Source: an uncultured virus (IMG/VR IMGVR_UViG_3300023174_000108) (taxonomy: Duplodnaviria > Heunggongvirae > Uroviricota > Caudoviricetes). Taken from it: DNA of 33,124 nucleotides. Of the stretch, positions 18,934 to 28,359 are shown in pieces. The stretch is taken from the IMG/VR virus record IMGVR_UViG_3300023174_000108; one strand, written 5' to 3'. The notes below the pieces were generated by a model, which worked only from the letters and a program-made list of their open reading frames with translations, did not search any database and had not been told where the DNA came from. A program made the translations under genes and the position numbers. Numbering within the stretch: position 1 is the first letter of the stretch; the number at the start of each line of letters is the position of its first letter.

Positions 18934-19112
18934 GGTGAGTACCGCATCCATTGGCGTCCATGGGTATCGGCCCCTTTAATAGGAGATGTAACCCGCATTA
19001 GCCTATCTCTACCTTTTACAGATGATGTTACTGATGAAGATATAAGTTGAGCTTTAGCTGTTGTATCAGTTAACTGACTACGCATAGGGTCAGCTTTACG
19101 ACGACGGGCCAT
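18930..19112 (-). CDS. Small basic hypothetical protein
   Basis: 60 aa, overlaps both neighbours. Confidence 0.55.
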   Translation of the reverse strand: MARRRKADPMRSQLTDTTAKAQLISSSVTSSVKGRDRLMRVTSPIKGADTHGRQWMRYSP

Positions 19113-19521
19113 TGATACCCTTAAACTGGCGTGTGTTTCTCATACCAGGGAGCGTTGGTTGAGTGTATCCAGGTTTCTTTTTCTTTGAAGAGGGCTGCGG
19201 GGTAATTGGGGAATAAGAAAGAGCACGACGACCAGCAATAGCTTTTGGAGTTTCAACAATCTCTGCATCATAAATCTCAGGTTCAGGCTTATGAGACGGC
19301 AACACTGAAGGTTCAATTACTTCACCTTCGTAAGGTCCAGTTTTTCCAACGTACTCTTTACTGCCAACGCCTTTACCGCTATAAGTTCCGTCACTAGTTT
19401 TCTTATCTTTACCGCGAACTTTAGAAGAGCTTTTTTTCATAGAAGGTCTCTTCATAGGTATTGGGTTCTTTGAAGGAATCCTCTTACCTATGTTTGCCGC
19501 GTTCTTGACTTCTTCGCTCAT
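19096..19521 (-). CDS. Basic, low-complexity hypothetical protein
   Basis: 141 aa; ATG 7 nt after a TAGACT -10 (possibly leaderless). Confidence 0.65.
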   Translation of the reverse strand: MSEEVKNAANIGKRIPSKNPIPMKRPSMKKSSSKVRGKDKKTSDGTYSGKGVGSKEYVGKTGPYEGEVIEPSVLPSHKPEPEIYDAEIVETPKAIAGRRALSYSPITPQPSSKKKKPGYTQPTLPGMRNTRQFKGINGPSS

Positions 19522-19631
19522 GCTTCTAAGTCTAAGTGCTTTTCTTCACACATTCTGGCTAAATCGGGGACTACATAGCGCTTATCGCATAAAGCACAAG
19601 TCCAGCGCTTTATGCGTTCAGCATCATCCAT
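19518..19631 (-). CDS. 37-aa zinc-finger peptide (not in track)
   Basis: MDDAERIKRWTCALCDKRYVVPDLARMCEEKHLDLEA (CxxC-x12-CxxxH); exactly fills the gap, coupled at both ends. Confidence 0.6.
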   Translation of the reverse strand: MDDAERIKRWTCALCDKRYVVPDLARMCEEKHLDLEA

Positions 19632-20207
19632 TTACTTGCCGCAGGTTGGGCACTTTGCTGTTTTTGCGGCTGCAGGCTTCGCAGCAGCAGGCTTAGCAGC
19701 AGATGCGCCACCAAACTTAGGGCGACCAAAGCCAACAATTGAAATCATTACTCCAGCCTTGTTCTTCTTAAAAGCGCGAAGTTGCTTGCATACTTCTCCG
19801 CCATTTCTTTGGCTTCCAGACTTCTTTGAGGATGTATTGCCTTCAATGCACCAAACAGTGCCGTCTTCATTGTCTTGTACAACAATGCCTACGTGAGAAA
19901 TTCTATCTACACCGTCTGAGGGAAAATCAAAATAAACGACATCCCCTGGTTCTGGGTCTGCAAGGTCTCCATCAATCCATGCACCAGCCTTTTTGAAAGC
20001 CTGTGCGCCACCTGGAGTATAAACAGTATTAGGAATCTTTACCCCAGCCTCGTTTGCACACCAGTTAACAAAACTTCCACACCATGGTTGGAAGTTGGCT
20101 TTCATAAAAGCGCCGTACTTGGTTTCGTTATCTTTAGGGCCTTCAATAGTACCTAGCTCTGCTTTAGCAACTTCGATAAACCGTGCTGCTGTGCCTTGGT
20201 CTGCCAT
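19632..20207 (-). CDS. CHAP-domain peptidoglycan hydrolase (endolysin)
   Basis: QPWCGSFV (catalytic Cys), PGDVVYF, SHVGIV, IEGNTS. Confidence 0.88.
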   Translation of the reverse strand: MADQGTAARFIEVAKAELGTIEGPKDNETKYGAFMKANFQPWCGSFVNWCANEAGVKIPNTVYTPGGAQAFKKAGAWIDGDLADPEPGDVVYFDFPSDGVDRISHVGIVVQDNEDGTVWCIEGNTSSKKSGSQRNGGEVCKQLRAFKKNKAGVMISIVGFGRPKFGGASAAKPAAAKPAAAKTAKCPTCGK

Positions 20208-20617
20208 TAGTCTTTATCCCAATCTGTATCAACAGGCTGCTCTTCTGGCATTGCACCAGCTGGCTTAGCTGCTAAACGAGCAGCGGTAGCGTCAATCTCT
20301 GCCTCAAGCTTCTTATCAGCCTGTGTGTTCTTTGCATCCATCTCTTTGTTAGATAACTGTGCTGCCATAATGTCTTTAGCACCAGACTGGCCAATCAAGA
20401 TACCAGCAAGGGTTCCTGTAATAAAAGTAGCAATGCTTCCCAAAACGTTAAAGAACATCTTGTCATTCTCTGACTGAGCTCCAATAGGCTGCGTTACAAA
20501 TAGAAGACCGTAAAGAATTCCTAGGGATGTAGCTAATAAAATTGTTCCAAGTGTTATACCTAGAATAAACTTTAATCTAGCATCTAAATCTTGTGGTGTT
20601 AGTTTTTCTCTGCTCAT
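20207..20617 (-). CDS. Two-TM membrane protein (holin-like)
   Basis: Two long hydrophobic helices, adjacent to the endolysin. Confidence 0.65.
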   Translation of the reverse strand: MSREKLTPQDLDARLKFILGITLGTILLATSLGILYGLLFVTQPIGAQSENDKMFFNVLGSIATFITGTLAGILIGQSGAKDIMAAQLSNKEMDAKNTQADKKLEAEIDATAARLAAKPAGAMPEEQPVDTDWDKD

Positions 20618-20808
20618 GGTGTTCCTTCTTGTTTAGGTAACTTTACTAAATCTGCTGGGCAAATCTGTGATGCTGTGCAAATAGGCGGTTTGCACTCTGC
20701 GGTTTCCCAATTTGCGGGGTCTTGGCACGGATATCTAAACCCGCCGCTGTATCCGCAACTTGAAAGCGTAAGTGCTAGAGCCAAGGCTAGCATAATCTTT
20801 CTTAACAT
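20614..20808 (-). CDS. Small lipoprotein
   Basis: Lipobox LSSC after a hydrophobic signal; YPCQDPANW..AECKPPIC. Confidence 0.7.
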   Translation of the reverse strand: MLRKIMLALALALTLSSCGYSGGFRYPCQDPANWETAECKPPICTASQICPADLVKLPKQEGTP

Positions 20809-20978
20809 TAATCTTCATCCTTTGAGTTACGTAATGGGTAAGTAACCGCCCATGCAAATAGAGTTCCAACAATTGCGTAACCCACAATTGTTTTTGCGGA
20901 ACCGTCAAGGACTACCCAAGCAATAAACATGCCTAGTAATGTCCACAGTTGGTCAATCATATCTTTGATGATTCTCAT
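20808..20978 (-). CDS. 56-aa two-TM membrane protein (not in track)
   Basis: [56 protein letters not shown]; coupled at both ends. Confidence 0.7.
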   Translation of the reverse strand: MRIIKDMIDQLWTLLGMFIAWVVLDGSAKTIVGYAIVGTLFAWAVTYPLRNSKDED

Positions 20979-23242
20979 GGTCTGCGTCTCCTTACGCCTT
21001 TGCTATCTCCAGAAGCGCCTCCGCCCCCAGAACTTCCTCCTCCACTAGAGCTACCGCCAGTAGAGCCGCCAGTTGAACCAGCAGCAGCACCAACTGCATT
21101 CATAGCAGCACCTGCAGCAACAACAGTTGCAACAACCATGTCGGTTGCCTCTTTACGCTCTTCTGGGGACATATCAGCACCAATACTTCCTAGTGCTTGT
21201 AGTGCTTTCCCAGGGTCGCTAAATATTGCGCCAACTAATTCGGATGGGTTCTCTAGTAAAACTAGAGCCGCAGCTACGTCTGCTGTAATTATAACTTCAT
21301 TACCGTTCTCATCCTGTCTAACCTCGACTGGGGTCTCAGGTGGAAGGTCTTGATAAGCAATACCAGCGTCTTGAATCTGTTCCTTTGTGAGAGTCTCGCC
21401 TGGGGCTACGGATTCAATTAAAGCCTTTGCTACAAGCTCTTTCTCTGCAGTAGTTAGTTTTCCGTCTGCTGCAAGAGTCTCTGAAAGGTTATTAACCTCA
21501 TCTTTAGTAATTTCACCGTCTGCATTAAGGGAGTCAAGGACTGCTTCGGCATCTGCTGCAGATAGTTTTCCATCTGACAACACGTCGTTTACTATTGCGG
21601 TAATTTCCTCTTGAGTGGTAGTATCTGTGTTTTCTACTACAGGAGGCTCAGATGGCTCATTATCCACAGGAACCGAAGGTTCCTCAGTCGACGGACCAGG
21701 CTCTGGCTCGGGTTCTGGTGAAGGACCTGGAGCGGGCTCTTCAGGATTCTCAGGAAGAGGTTGTTCGTCTTCAGGGGATGTTGGTTCAGGCGAAGGCTCT
21801 GTCTCGTTTATTGGAGGCAAAGGCTCGTCCAAAGGCGGAGCAGTTTCCTCTGAAGGAGCATCCTCCGAAGGAGCATCCTCAGGGGATGGGTTGGCGTCAC
21901 TAGGTGCAGGGTCAGGAATTGCAACAGGCGGTGCAGGCTCTTCTACAGGCCCAGGAACGGGTTCTGGAGCTGGCTCAGGAGCAATCTCGGGTGTTGGGTC
22001 TGGCTGCGGCACAGGTACAGGCGTTGGCTCAACAGGAGCAGGGGTGGGTTCAACTGGAGTTGGACTTGGGACTACAGGGGTAGGCAATGGAACAACAGGG
22101 TCAGGAGATGGCTGTGGAGACGGCTCAGGCGTTGGAGCAGGCGGCACAGAAGGCTCTGGCGAAGGCGTTACAGAAGGCTCGGGAGAAGGAGTAGGAGATG
22201 GAGTTGGCTGCGGTGTCGGTTCTGGCGTTGGGGTTGGGTTTGGTGTTGGGTTACTGCTCGGCTCTACCGAGGGTGAAGGTGATGGAGAAGGCTCTCTCGA
22301 AGGCTCAGGTGAGGGAGTCGGACTTGGAGATGGCTCTGGACTACCAGAGGGCGAAGGCGATGGGGAAGGACTAGGTGATGGTTGCGCAGATTCTGATGGG
22401 CTTGGCGTTGGGCTTGGGCTTGGTTCTGGTTGTGTGGTTTGAGAAGGTGAAGGAGACGGCGCAGGAGAGGGCTCATTACTTGGACTTGCGGAAGGACTCG
22501 CGGTTGGCGCAGGAGCAATCTCTTCGGCGGTTACAACAGGAGCAATATAAACGCGAGTCAAACCAGCCTCTTCAAGAGTAACAACTCGTCCATCAGGTAA
22601 ACGAACACCTGTTCGAGTATTTAAACCCTGTTGAACATTTGAAAGATAAGTAATAGTTAAAGTATTGTCGGCGTTAATTGCGGCCGTAACAACAATTGTT
22701 GAAAGAGGATTTTGACTGGCGTTTTGACCATAAGGTCGAACAGCTAAATCAACCTGAAACCCAGCCTGACTTGATGTAATAATCAAATGCTCGTCAGCCG
22801 CTCTCCACCCAGCAGGGTATCCATTAGATGGATTTGGGTTATTAGGGTCAAGAACTACCCAGTCATAGGCATTAACTGAAATTGAAGGGGCTGTTGGAAA
22901 GTTAGCAAAAGCGTTATCTTGACGCCCAAAAGTAATTGTAGAGTTTGTTGTGGCATAGACAGCCGTATACTCAGTGCCTTGAAAGTTAACAGCTGTTGGT
23001 AGTGCTACTTGGTAAGAGACGTCATCTCCTCCGCAAGTATTTTGAACTAATACTGGTGTAGCTGTGGCTGTATCCCCAGGCTGTGAGACCGCTGTATTTA
23101 AAACGGTAGGGGCAGTAGCCGCTGCAGCTATAGATTGCGCGGTTGTTACACAAGTTGCCTGTGCTGATGTTGCGAATAATAATGGAAAGAAAGAAGCAGA
23201 TAGTGTTACAGATAATGCTGCGATTAAACGCAGTGCTTTCAA
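20975..23242 (-). CDS. Large secreted, membrane-anchored Pro-rich surface protein
   Basis: Signal peptide (AQA cleavage site), globular N-domain, long (SP/TP/EP)n stalk, acidic helical repeats, C-terminal hydrophobic segment plus RRRRP. Confidence 0.75.
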   Translation of the reverse strand: MKALRLIAALSVTLSASFFPLLFATSAQATCVTTAQSIAAAATAPTVLNTAVSQPGDTATATPVLVQNTCGGDDVSYQVALPTAVNFQGTEYTAVYATTNSTITFGRQDNAFANFPTAPSISVNAYDWVVLDPNNPNPSNGYPAGWRAADEHLIITSSQAGFQVDLAVRPYGQNASQNPLSTIVVTAAINADNTLTITYLSNVQQGLNTRTGVRLPDGRVVTLEEAGLTRVYIAPVVTAEEIAPAPTASPSASPSNEPSPAPSPSPSQTTQPEPSPSPTPSPSESAQPSPSPSPSPSPSGSPEPSPSPTPSPEPSREPSPSPSPSVEPSSNPTPNPTPTPEPTPQPTPSPTPSPEPSVTPSPEPSVPPAPTPEPSPQPSPDPVVPLPTPVVPSPTPVEPTPAPVEPTPVPVPQPDPTPEIAPEPAPEPVPGPVEEPAPPVAIPDPAPSDANPSPEDAPSEDAPSEETAPPLDEPLPPINETEPSPEPTSPEDEQPLPENPEEPAPGPSPEPEPEPGPSTEEPSVPVDNEPSEPPVVENTDTTTQEEITAIVNDVLSDGKLSAADAEAVLDSLNADGEITKDEVNNLSETLAADGKLTTAEKELVAKALIESVAPGETLTKEQIQDAGIAYQDLPPETPVEVRQDENGNEVIITADVAAALVLLENPSELVGAIFSDPGKALQALGSIGADMSPEERKEATDMVVATVVAAGAAMNAVGAAAGSTGGSTGGSSSGGGSSGGGGASGDSKGVRRRRP

Positions 23243-23266
23243 TCAGTCTCCCGTGACTAGGTATTA

Positions 23267-23467
23267 CTAGTCTATCGGATTTAAAACCCCTTGTGGGTCA
23301 AACACTGATAATGCTTTTTCAAATAGATTAGTTTTCTTTTCTTTACCATGATGTCCGCAAAACATAAGCTCACCATTTAAAAATGTAGCTACAACCATTG
23401 CTGCTGCACTGCACATATCACAGCGGTCGTTAAGAGTTAACTCGCGGCCTTGGGCTGTGATTTGCAT
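23267..23467 (-). CDS. Small Zn-binding protein of an actinobacterial type
   Basis: DRCDMCSAAA...GELMFCGHH; AAGGAG RBS. Confidence 0.65.
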   Translation of the reverse strand: MQITAQGRELTLNDRCDMCSAAAMVVATFLNGELMFCGHHGKEKKTNLFEKALSVFDPQGVLNPID

Positions 23468-23476
23468 GTGCTCTCC

Positions 23477-23749
23477 TTAGAAGGGTGGTTTACCGTATGT
23501 GCTTTTATCTAACAAGTTTACTGTGTCAGACATTCCCGACATCTTTTCATGAGCAGATTCGGCCTGCTTATCCATCTCGTCTAATGACTCTGGTGTATGG
23601 TTAAACCAGCCTTCAGGTGCGTGTTCAGCATAATGAGAGCGGTCATAATTACCAATAGTACCGCCCGAGTTTAAATGTGCGCGGCGGCGCTCAATCTCAT
23701 TACTAGGACTACGCTTTGAATTACGCGCTCTATCTTTAGGAGTTTTCAT
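23477..23749 (-). CDS. Hypothetical protein
   Basis: 90 aa ORF in the co-directional gene run. Confidence 0.55.
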   Translation of the reverse strand: MKTPKDRARNSKRSPSNEIERRRAHLNSGGTIGNYDRSHYAEHAPEGWFNHTPESLDEMDKQAESAHEKMSGMSDTVNLLDKSTYGKPPF

Positions 23750-23765
23750 CGGCGGGTGTTTATAA

Positions 23766-24092
23766 TTACTTACCTAGTTTTGATGGATTATTAAGATAAA
23801 AACCGCGGTCGGTCTTTGAATCAATATACATCTTATTTGGTCCGTAATATTGACTTGAACGACTATTATCTTGCTTACCAACAACAGCACCAGCAACTTG
23901 CCCAACCTGTGTTGCAAGATTCTTAATAGGAGCAGTAGGACTAGGCATACCATTAGTTCCAGCACCCATAGCGCCCTTTGAATCCAAAGCGGTTCCAAGA
24001 GCTGTTGGCACGTCACGAACTGAACGTGCGACGTTACTAATGTAACCGCCTACGCTACGAGCTGCATTTCCTGCACGGTCAATTGGATTCAT
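23766..24092 (-). CDS. Hypothetical protein
   Basis: 108 aa, 2 nt from the upstream stop. Confidence 0.6.
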   Translation of the reverse strand: MNPIDRAGNAARSVGGYISNVARSVRDVPTALGTALDSKGAMGAGTNGMPSPTAPIKNLATQVGQVAGAVVGKQDNSRSSQYYGPNKMYIDSKTDRGFYLNNPSKLGK

Positions 24093-24094
24093 AA

Positions 24095-24592
24095 TTACTT
24101 TACGCCTGAACCGCTGCTACCGCCAACTACGTTAGGCTTTGGGCTGTATCCGCCAAATCCGTATGGTGAGTTTGAACGACCAGAGGCAGCACTGTTACTT
24201 GCACGGTTTGCAATAGCCCCTGCTTTTGCATAAGCATTAGGATAAACACGAGTTACAGCTTCTTTTTGCTCAGCTGATGCTGGAACAGGTCCTGAAGAAA
24301 GGACCCCGCCTACAACGCGTGGCTTAACTGCCATTGCATCTTGAGCAGCTTTGACTCCCATGTTTCCACGACCTAAGTCTTTAGTGGCGTCAACAGTAGA
24401 CTGCGAAACTTTAATATTACGATTGTAATTGCTCTTATCAACAGCTTTAGGAGCAGCTGCACCACCAGCGTTACCGCGGTACTCTGAGTTATTAGCAGCT
24501 GTTACTGGAGATGCGGCCGCATTGCTTTCTACTGCTGCAGATGGTCGAAGGCCTGGGCCTTCTCCGTCAAACTGAGCTACTTGTGAATACAT
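24095..24592 (-). CDS. Ala/Gly/Ser-rich hypothetical protein
   Basis: 165 aa, TAATG coupling. Confidence 0.6.
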   Translation of the reverse strand: MYSQVAQFDGEGPGLRPSAAVESNAAASPVTAANNSEYRGNAGGAAAPKAVDKSNYNRNIKVSQSTVDATKDLGRGNMGVKAAQDAMAVKPRVVGGVLSSGPVPASAEQKEAVTRVYPNAYAKAGAIANRASNSAASGRSNSPYGFGGYSPKPNVVGGSSGSGVK

Positions 24593-24882
24593 TATTCGTT
24601 CTCCTTTTTGCCTGCGCGGCGCTTGTTCTCTTTAGCAACGTTCTTGCTGCCTTTAAGGGCTCTAAGGTTTCCCTTAGAATCATTGTTCTTATTATTATCC
24701 TTGTGGTCGACGTGTGTGTCCTTGCTTAACTTGCCATTTTTTGACTCATAATCGGCACGAGCCTTGTTTTTGGAAGTTGTATGCCACTTACCGTCCGCGC
24801 CTTTAGTCTTATAGACATAGATGGGACGTCCACCGTTTTCCTTAGAACCCTTATAGGGTCCAAACTTCTTTGTCTCAGCCAT
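24592..24882 (-). CDS. HNH-motif basic protein
   Basis: HVDHKDNNKNNDSKGNLR...KNVAKEN resembles an HNH_3 core. Confidence 0.6.
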   Translation of the reverse strand: MAETKKFGPYKGSKENGGRPIYVYKTKGADGKWHTTSKNKARADYESKNGKLSKDTHVDHKDNNKNNDSKGNLRALKGSKNVAKENKRRAGKKENE

Positions 24883-25052
24883 TACTTGCCTTTTTTCTTT
24901 TTAGCGGCGTTCATGTTATCAACAAGATTAGGGTATGGGCGCCCAGCAGCTTTAGCACTAGCCTTAGCTGAAGCTTTCTTTTTTGAAGATAGCTTCTTAT
25001 CTTTACCTGAAGGGTCTTTTGTTTCCCAAACAGGCTTCTTTTTCTCTGCCAT
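24882..25052 (-). CDS. Small Lys-rich protein
   Basis: MAEKKKPVWE...KAAGRPYPNLVDNM; start moved to the TAATG-coupled ATG. Confidence 0.65.
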   Translation of the reverse strand: MAEKKKPVWETKDPSGKDKKLSSKKKASAKASAKAAGRPYPNLVDNMNAAKKKKGK

Positions 25053-25327
25053 TAGCAATCCCACTTTCTTAAAGATTTGTTAATACGTGAGTTAGGGTCC
25101 TTGGCGGTCTTTGAAGAGGTGTTCTGCTTCTTCATGCCTTCCATACGTGCGCAAAATGATTTGCGACGTGCAGCAGACGCAGGAGACTTCTTTGCCTTCT
25201 CCTTAGATACAGGAGGCTTCAGGTTAGAACCTGGGTTAGCTTTCTCGTAAGACTTGCGTCCTTTTTCGTTAAGACCGCCCTTAGGATTCTTACCTTCTTT
25301 TTTCTGCCATGCTTCTGATTTAGCCAT
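25052..25327 (-). CDS. Basic phage protein (DUF6321-like)
   Basis: KNPKGGLNEKGR...RRKSFCARM.GM...DPNSRINKSLRKWDC. Confidence 0.7.
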   Translation of the reverse strand: MAKSEAWQKKEGKNPKGGLNEKGRKSYEKANPGSNLKPPVSKEKAKKSPASAARRKSFCARMEGMKKQNTSSKTAKDPNSRINKSLRKWDC

Positions 25328-25508
25328 TCTTCTTATGCCAATCTTTAGTAGCTTTAACGCCTTGCTTAATAGTCTTAGCGCCAGCTTTCTTAGTCAAGTT
25401 AATTTTATCGTACTTGCCTTTGTTTCCAGCGTGGTCAACTACTACATCACCTTTTTTGTTCTTCTTAACTGTGTGCTTTTCACCAGCAGCTTTAATAACT
25501 TTACTCAT
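25320..25508 (-). CDS. Small Lys-rich protein
   Basis: MSKVIKAAGEKH...; start moved to the ATGA-coupled ATG. Confidence 0.65.
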   Translation of the reverse strand: MSKVIKAAGEKHTVKKNKKGDVVVDHAGNKGKYDKINLTKKAGAKTIKQGVKATKDWHKKNG

Positions 25509-26395
25509 ACGATTGCGCTCGGATTCCACTTTTTATCTTCTTCTGTTTTAGGCTTAGGAAGTAAAGCAGCTAAGCCAACTGCAGCAGCAGCGCCTGTACC
25601 AAAAGCAACCGCTCTGCCTGTACTTGTTGAAGGAGTTTTTTGAGTTTGCGCAGACGACTCAGTACTTGGTGAAGTTTTTAAATTTGGTTTTGCAGCATCA
25701 GGCTTAGCAGTACTTTTAGGGTTCCATGGGGTAGTTGCTTTTGTTTTTTTTGTTTTTGGTGCGGGTTCTACTTTTGGAGTAGTACCTGGCGCTGGCGCTG
25801 GTGTTGGTTTAACTTTTGGCATATTAGGCCATGGGTTTGATTTTGGATTATCAAATGGGTCAAATGGTTTATTAAAATCAGGTCGAGTTGAAGAAGGCGC
25901 TTCTGTTATTGTTGTTCCACCACGTGAAGTTGAGCTGCCGCCCTCTTGAATAGGTTTTCCTGGAGGAGTTGGTTTTTTACCGCCTCTTGGCGCAAAGTAC
26001 CCGCCACCCTCATCAGGTTTGCCAAATTTAATTTTAGGTGTTTCAGGGTCTATTTTAGGTGTAGAAAACTGAGGTGGTTTTGGTTTAGGCGTAAACTTAG
26101 GCAAAAACTTTTCAAGAACTGTTGAAGCCTTCTTTGCTGGGATTAAATTAACAAGTGCTTTTGTAGCACCTAACGCAGCGTTACCTACAGTTAAACCAAG
26201 CTCTTTTGTATACTCTGGCGTTGCCCCAAGCACGTTTTTAATATCGCTGCCTGTATCACCAGAGTAATCAATAGACTCTGAAACTTTTCCTGCGCGCTTA
26301 TAGGCGTCTCCAGCTTTTTTAAAATCATTGATGCCAAGAGTTTCTTTTGCTGTCTCTTTAAGAAAATGACCTACTCTTCCAGGAACATCAGACAT
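25505..26395 (-). CDS. Pro/Lys-rich low-complexity protein
   Basis: 296 aa, coupled at both ends. Confidence 0.65.
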   Translation of the reverse strand: MSDVPGRVGHFLKETAKETLGINDFKKAGDAYKRAGKVSESIDYSGDTGSDIKNVLGATPEYTKELGLTVGNAALGATKALVNLIPAKKASTVLEKFLPKFTPKPKPPQFSTPKIDPETPKIKFGKPDEGGGYFAPRGGKKPTPPGKPIQEGGSSTSRGGTTITEAPSSTRPDFNKPFDPFDNPKSNPWPNMPKVKPTPAPAPGTTPKVEPAPKTKKTKATTPWNPKSTAKPDAAKPNLKTSPSTESSAQTQKTPSTSTGRAVAFGTGAAAAVGLAALLPKPKTEEDKKWNPSAIV

Positions 26396-26640
26396 TATCG
26401 AGTCCCCTTATTCTTAGAGCGGTTTAATAGGTCCGCTGCTTGTTCTGATACATTGTATCGACCATAGGTAGGGCGTGGCCCAGCAAACATTCCTACATTT
26501 GTATTACGGATGTCATTTGTATTACGAAACTCATTAACGCGGCTTCTTGGGGTATTTAATACAGTTTGCTTCTTAGCCCCTGGGTATGCCTCACCTAGAG
26601 CGCGCATAGCGCGAGTGCGCCCTAATGCTGGGTCAATCAT
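26395..26640 (-). CDS. Hypothetical protein
   Basis: 81 aa, TAATG coupling. Confidence 0.6.
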   Translation of the reverse strand: MIDPALGRTRAMRALGEAYPGAKKQTVLNTPRSRVNEFRNTNDIRNTNVGMFAGPRPTYGRYNVSEQAADLLNRSKNKGTR

Positions 26641-26978
26641 TACTTAGCCATTCCTACGCCGCTACAGCCTACGCATGTGGCGCCCATGTGTGAGCCGCCC
26701 GCAACGCCTAGCTTTAGAGATTGCCCATACTTGTTATAGTGGGCTTCGGTATTACGCGCATTCATTGGGACGAGGTCGGTCGCTCCGTGACCATTACAAG
26801 TTTTGCATACAGTTCGGTTGCCTGGAGTTGAGGTAGTTGTATCCTCGTTCATAGAAGCGTCTGCTGGAGCTGCTGCTCTTTTACGTGGTTCCAGCTTCTC
26901 CATGGGAGTTTTCTTTGCTTGGCGCATTCGTCGCGCCGAGTCTCCTGGTGCAGCTTCAGCTTTCTTACGTGGTGCCAT
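26640..26978 (-). CDS. Protein with DnaJ-type CxxCxGxG zinc motifs
   Basis: CKTCNGHG and CVGCSGVG; GGGAG RBS. Confidence 0.6.
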   Translation of the reverse strand: MAPRKKAEAAPGDSARRMRQAKKTPMEKLEPRKRAAAPADASMNEDTTTSTPGNRTVCKTCNGHGATDLVPMNARNTEAHYNKYGQSLKLGVAGGSHMGATCVGCSGVGMAK

Positions 26979-27006
26979 CTCTACTCCCTAAGCTTCAACG
27001 AATTTT

Positions 27007-27231
27007 TTACTGTAATACACTCTTTTGATAATCATTGACTGACTTAATCAACTGTGAGATAAGGATATCTCTTTTATCTGGGTGCTTCTCATCAAAGTGC
27101 TTCATCCAGTCTTTTGCCGAAAATTTACCTGAAGCACACCCATTATTGACATCATCCCAGCAAGTCTTAGCAAAGCCTGAGTCTGCACCGAGGTCTTCTA
27201 CCTGAGACCATAACCAGGTTGTATATCTCAT
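27007..27231 (-). CDS. YozE/SAM-like small protein
   Basis: MRYTTWL..Q...GFAK...DD resembles YozE-like N-termini. Confidence 0.45.
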   Translation of the reverse strand: MRYTTWLWSQVEDLGADSGFAKTCWDDVNNGCASGKFSAKDWMKHFDEKHPDKRDILISQLIKSVNDYQKSVLQ

Positions 27232-27821
27232 TTAATAGAGCTGCTGGTCTTCTTTGATGAAGAGCTCTCAGTAGATTGAGCTGTCTTTGCCTCTACTGGG
27301 AATCTTTTGTCTGACCCTTGGCTACGCTGATTGGTAGAGGCCCCGCTAAATGAGTCGGCATATGTAACAGGGATTAACATATTTTTATCAATCTTTGCCG
27401 CGGTTGCTATTCTGTGATGCCCTCCAAATACCTCTGGACGCATATCAAAGCTACTGAGGTCCTTAGTTTGTAAAGTTACTGGGTTCTGAACGCCCTCACG
27501 CTTAATTGAGTTTGCTAGTGTATCTGGGTGGCTTTCAGAGAAAGCTTCGTTTCTAGAGTTACCAGAGAGCCCTTTGCGGCCTTCACTTGCTTTACGGCTC
27601 CAAGTATCCTCTGCATCTTCTCCGCTGCGCATATCACCCTTCAACGGGTTGTAATCAGTCATAATTTCTGCTGGCGTCTTATACATAGTTAATTGCTCAA
27701 CAGGTGGTTTTGGTGATGGACGCTTAGCTCTAACTGGGGGAGTATAGGCGTTACCTGATGTTACATAACGAGCTGGCATTCCAGGTAGCGCTTCTTGAAT
27801 GAATGTTTCGCTACGACTCAT
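27228..27821 (-). CDS. ParB/Srx-like domain protein
   Basis: LANSIKREGVQNPVTL...EVFGGHHRIATA; start moved to ATG 27821. Confidence 0.75.
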   Translation of the reverse strand: MSRSETFIQEALPGMPARYVTSGNAYTPPVRAKRPSPKPPVEQLTMYKTPAEIMTDYNPLKGDMRSGEDAEDTWSRKASEGRKGLSGNSRNEAFSESHPDTLANSIKREGVQNPVTLQTKDLSSFDMRPEVFGGHHRIATAAKIDKNMLIPVTYADSFSGASTNQRSQGSDKRFPVEAKTAQSTESSSSKKTSSSIK

Positions 27822-27945
27822 GGCGCTTCCTAGCATTAGCGCAGTTGTAGCAAATCTTTTCAACTAGGTCGATAACACCTAGCACAAATGCGTCTACGCC
27901 TGAATAGACGATGCCGTCCTTGGTTTCGCAATCTACGCATGACAT
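27811..27945 (-). CDS. 44-aa CxxC...CxxC zinc-ribbon peptide (not in track)
   Basis: MSCVDCETKDGIVYSGVDAFVLGVIDLVEKICYNCANARKRHES. Confidence 0.6.
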   Translation of the reverse strand: MSCVDCETKDGIVYSGVDAFVLGVIDLVEKICYNCANARKRHES

Positions 27946-27952
27946 GTAGCAA

Positions 27953-28324
27953 TTATTGCAACCGCGCTGACTTTATTCTGCTCAAACGCGCCTCTTTGCC
28001 ATTGACCCACCAACAAAAGGTACAACGACAGGAAAAGGTAACACAGGGGCAGTCTCTACCTTCAACCTCTCTGCTTCCCCAGCATTCTTGACACTGCATC
28101 TTTGATTTAGGTTGGGGGCCTATTTTTGTAAACTGTCGTTCAATTTGAGCAAGCGCTGTAGCCAGATGAGCATCACGTTGTCTTTTAGCAATTCCTTTAG
28201 CAACCGCTGGATGTTGCTCCTGATAAGCACCCTTTGGGTCGTGCCAATGGCATAACCCACCACGGGCCTCTTCACCATTAATTCTACAAGGTTTACCAGA
28301 AACAGTTACCGCGGTACATTGCAT
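27953..28324 (-). CDS. Zinc-finger protein carrying a RecA N-terminal-helix-like segment
   Basis: CTAVTVSGKPC...CHWH finger, ALAQIERQF, Cys-rich C-terminus. Confidence 0.65.
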   Translation of the reverse strand: MQCTAVTVSGKPCRINGEEARGGLCHWHDPKGAYQEQHPAVAKGIAKRQRDAHLATALAQIERQFTKIGPQPKSKMQCQECWGSREVEGRDCPCVTFSCRCTFCWWVNGKEARLSRIKSARLQ

Positions 28325-28330
28325 CCCCGC

Positions 28331-28359
28331 ACAATAGCAAAAAAGGCTACTGCCTTCAA
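28331..28359 (-). promoter_or_regulatory. Housekeeping-sigma promoter for a leaderless transcript
   Basis: TTGAAG-17 nt-TATTGT with TG extension; ATG of 27953..28324 lies 6 nt downstream. Confidence 0.55.

Noticed and set aside
20949..22581. Gly-rich plus-strand ORFs (e.g. 21615..22442)
   Set aside because: Antisense shadows of the Pro-rich gene
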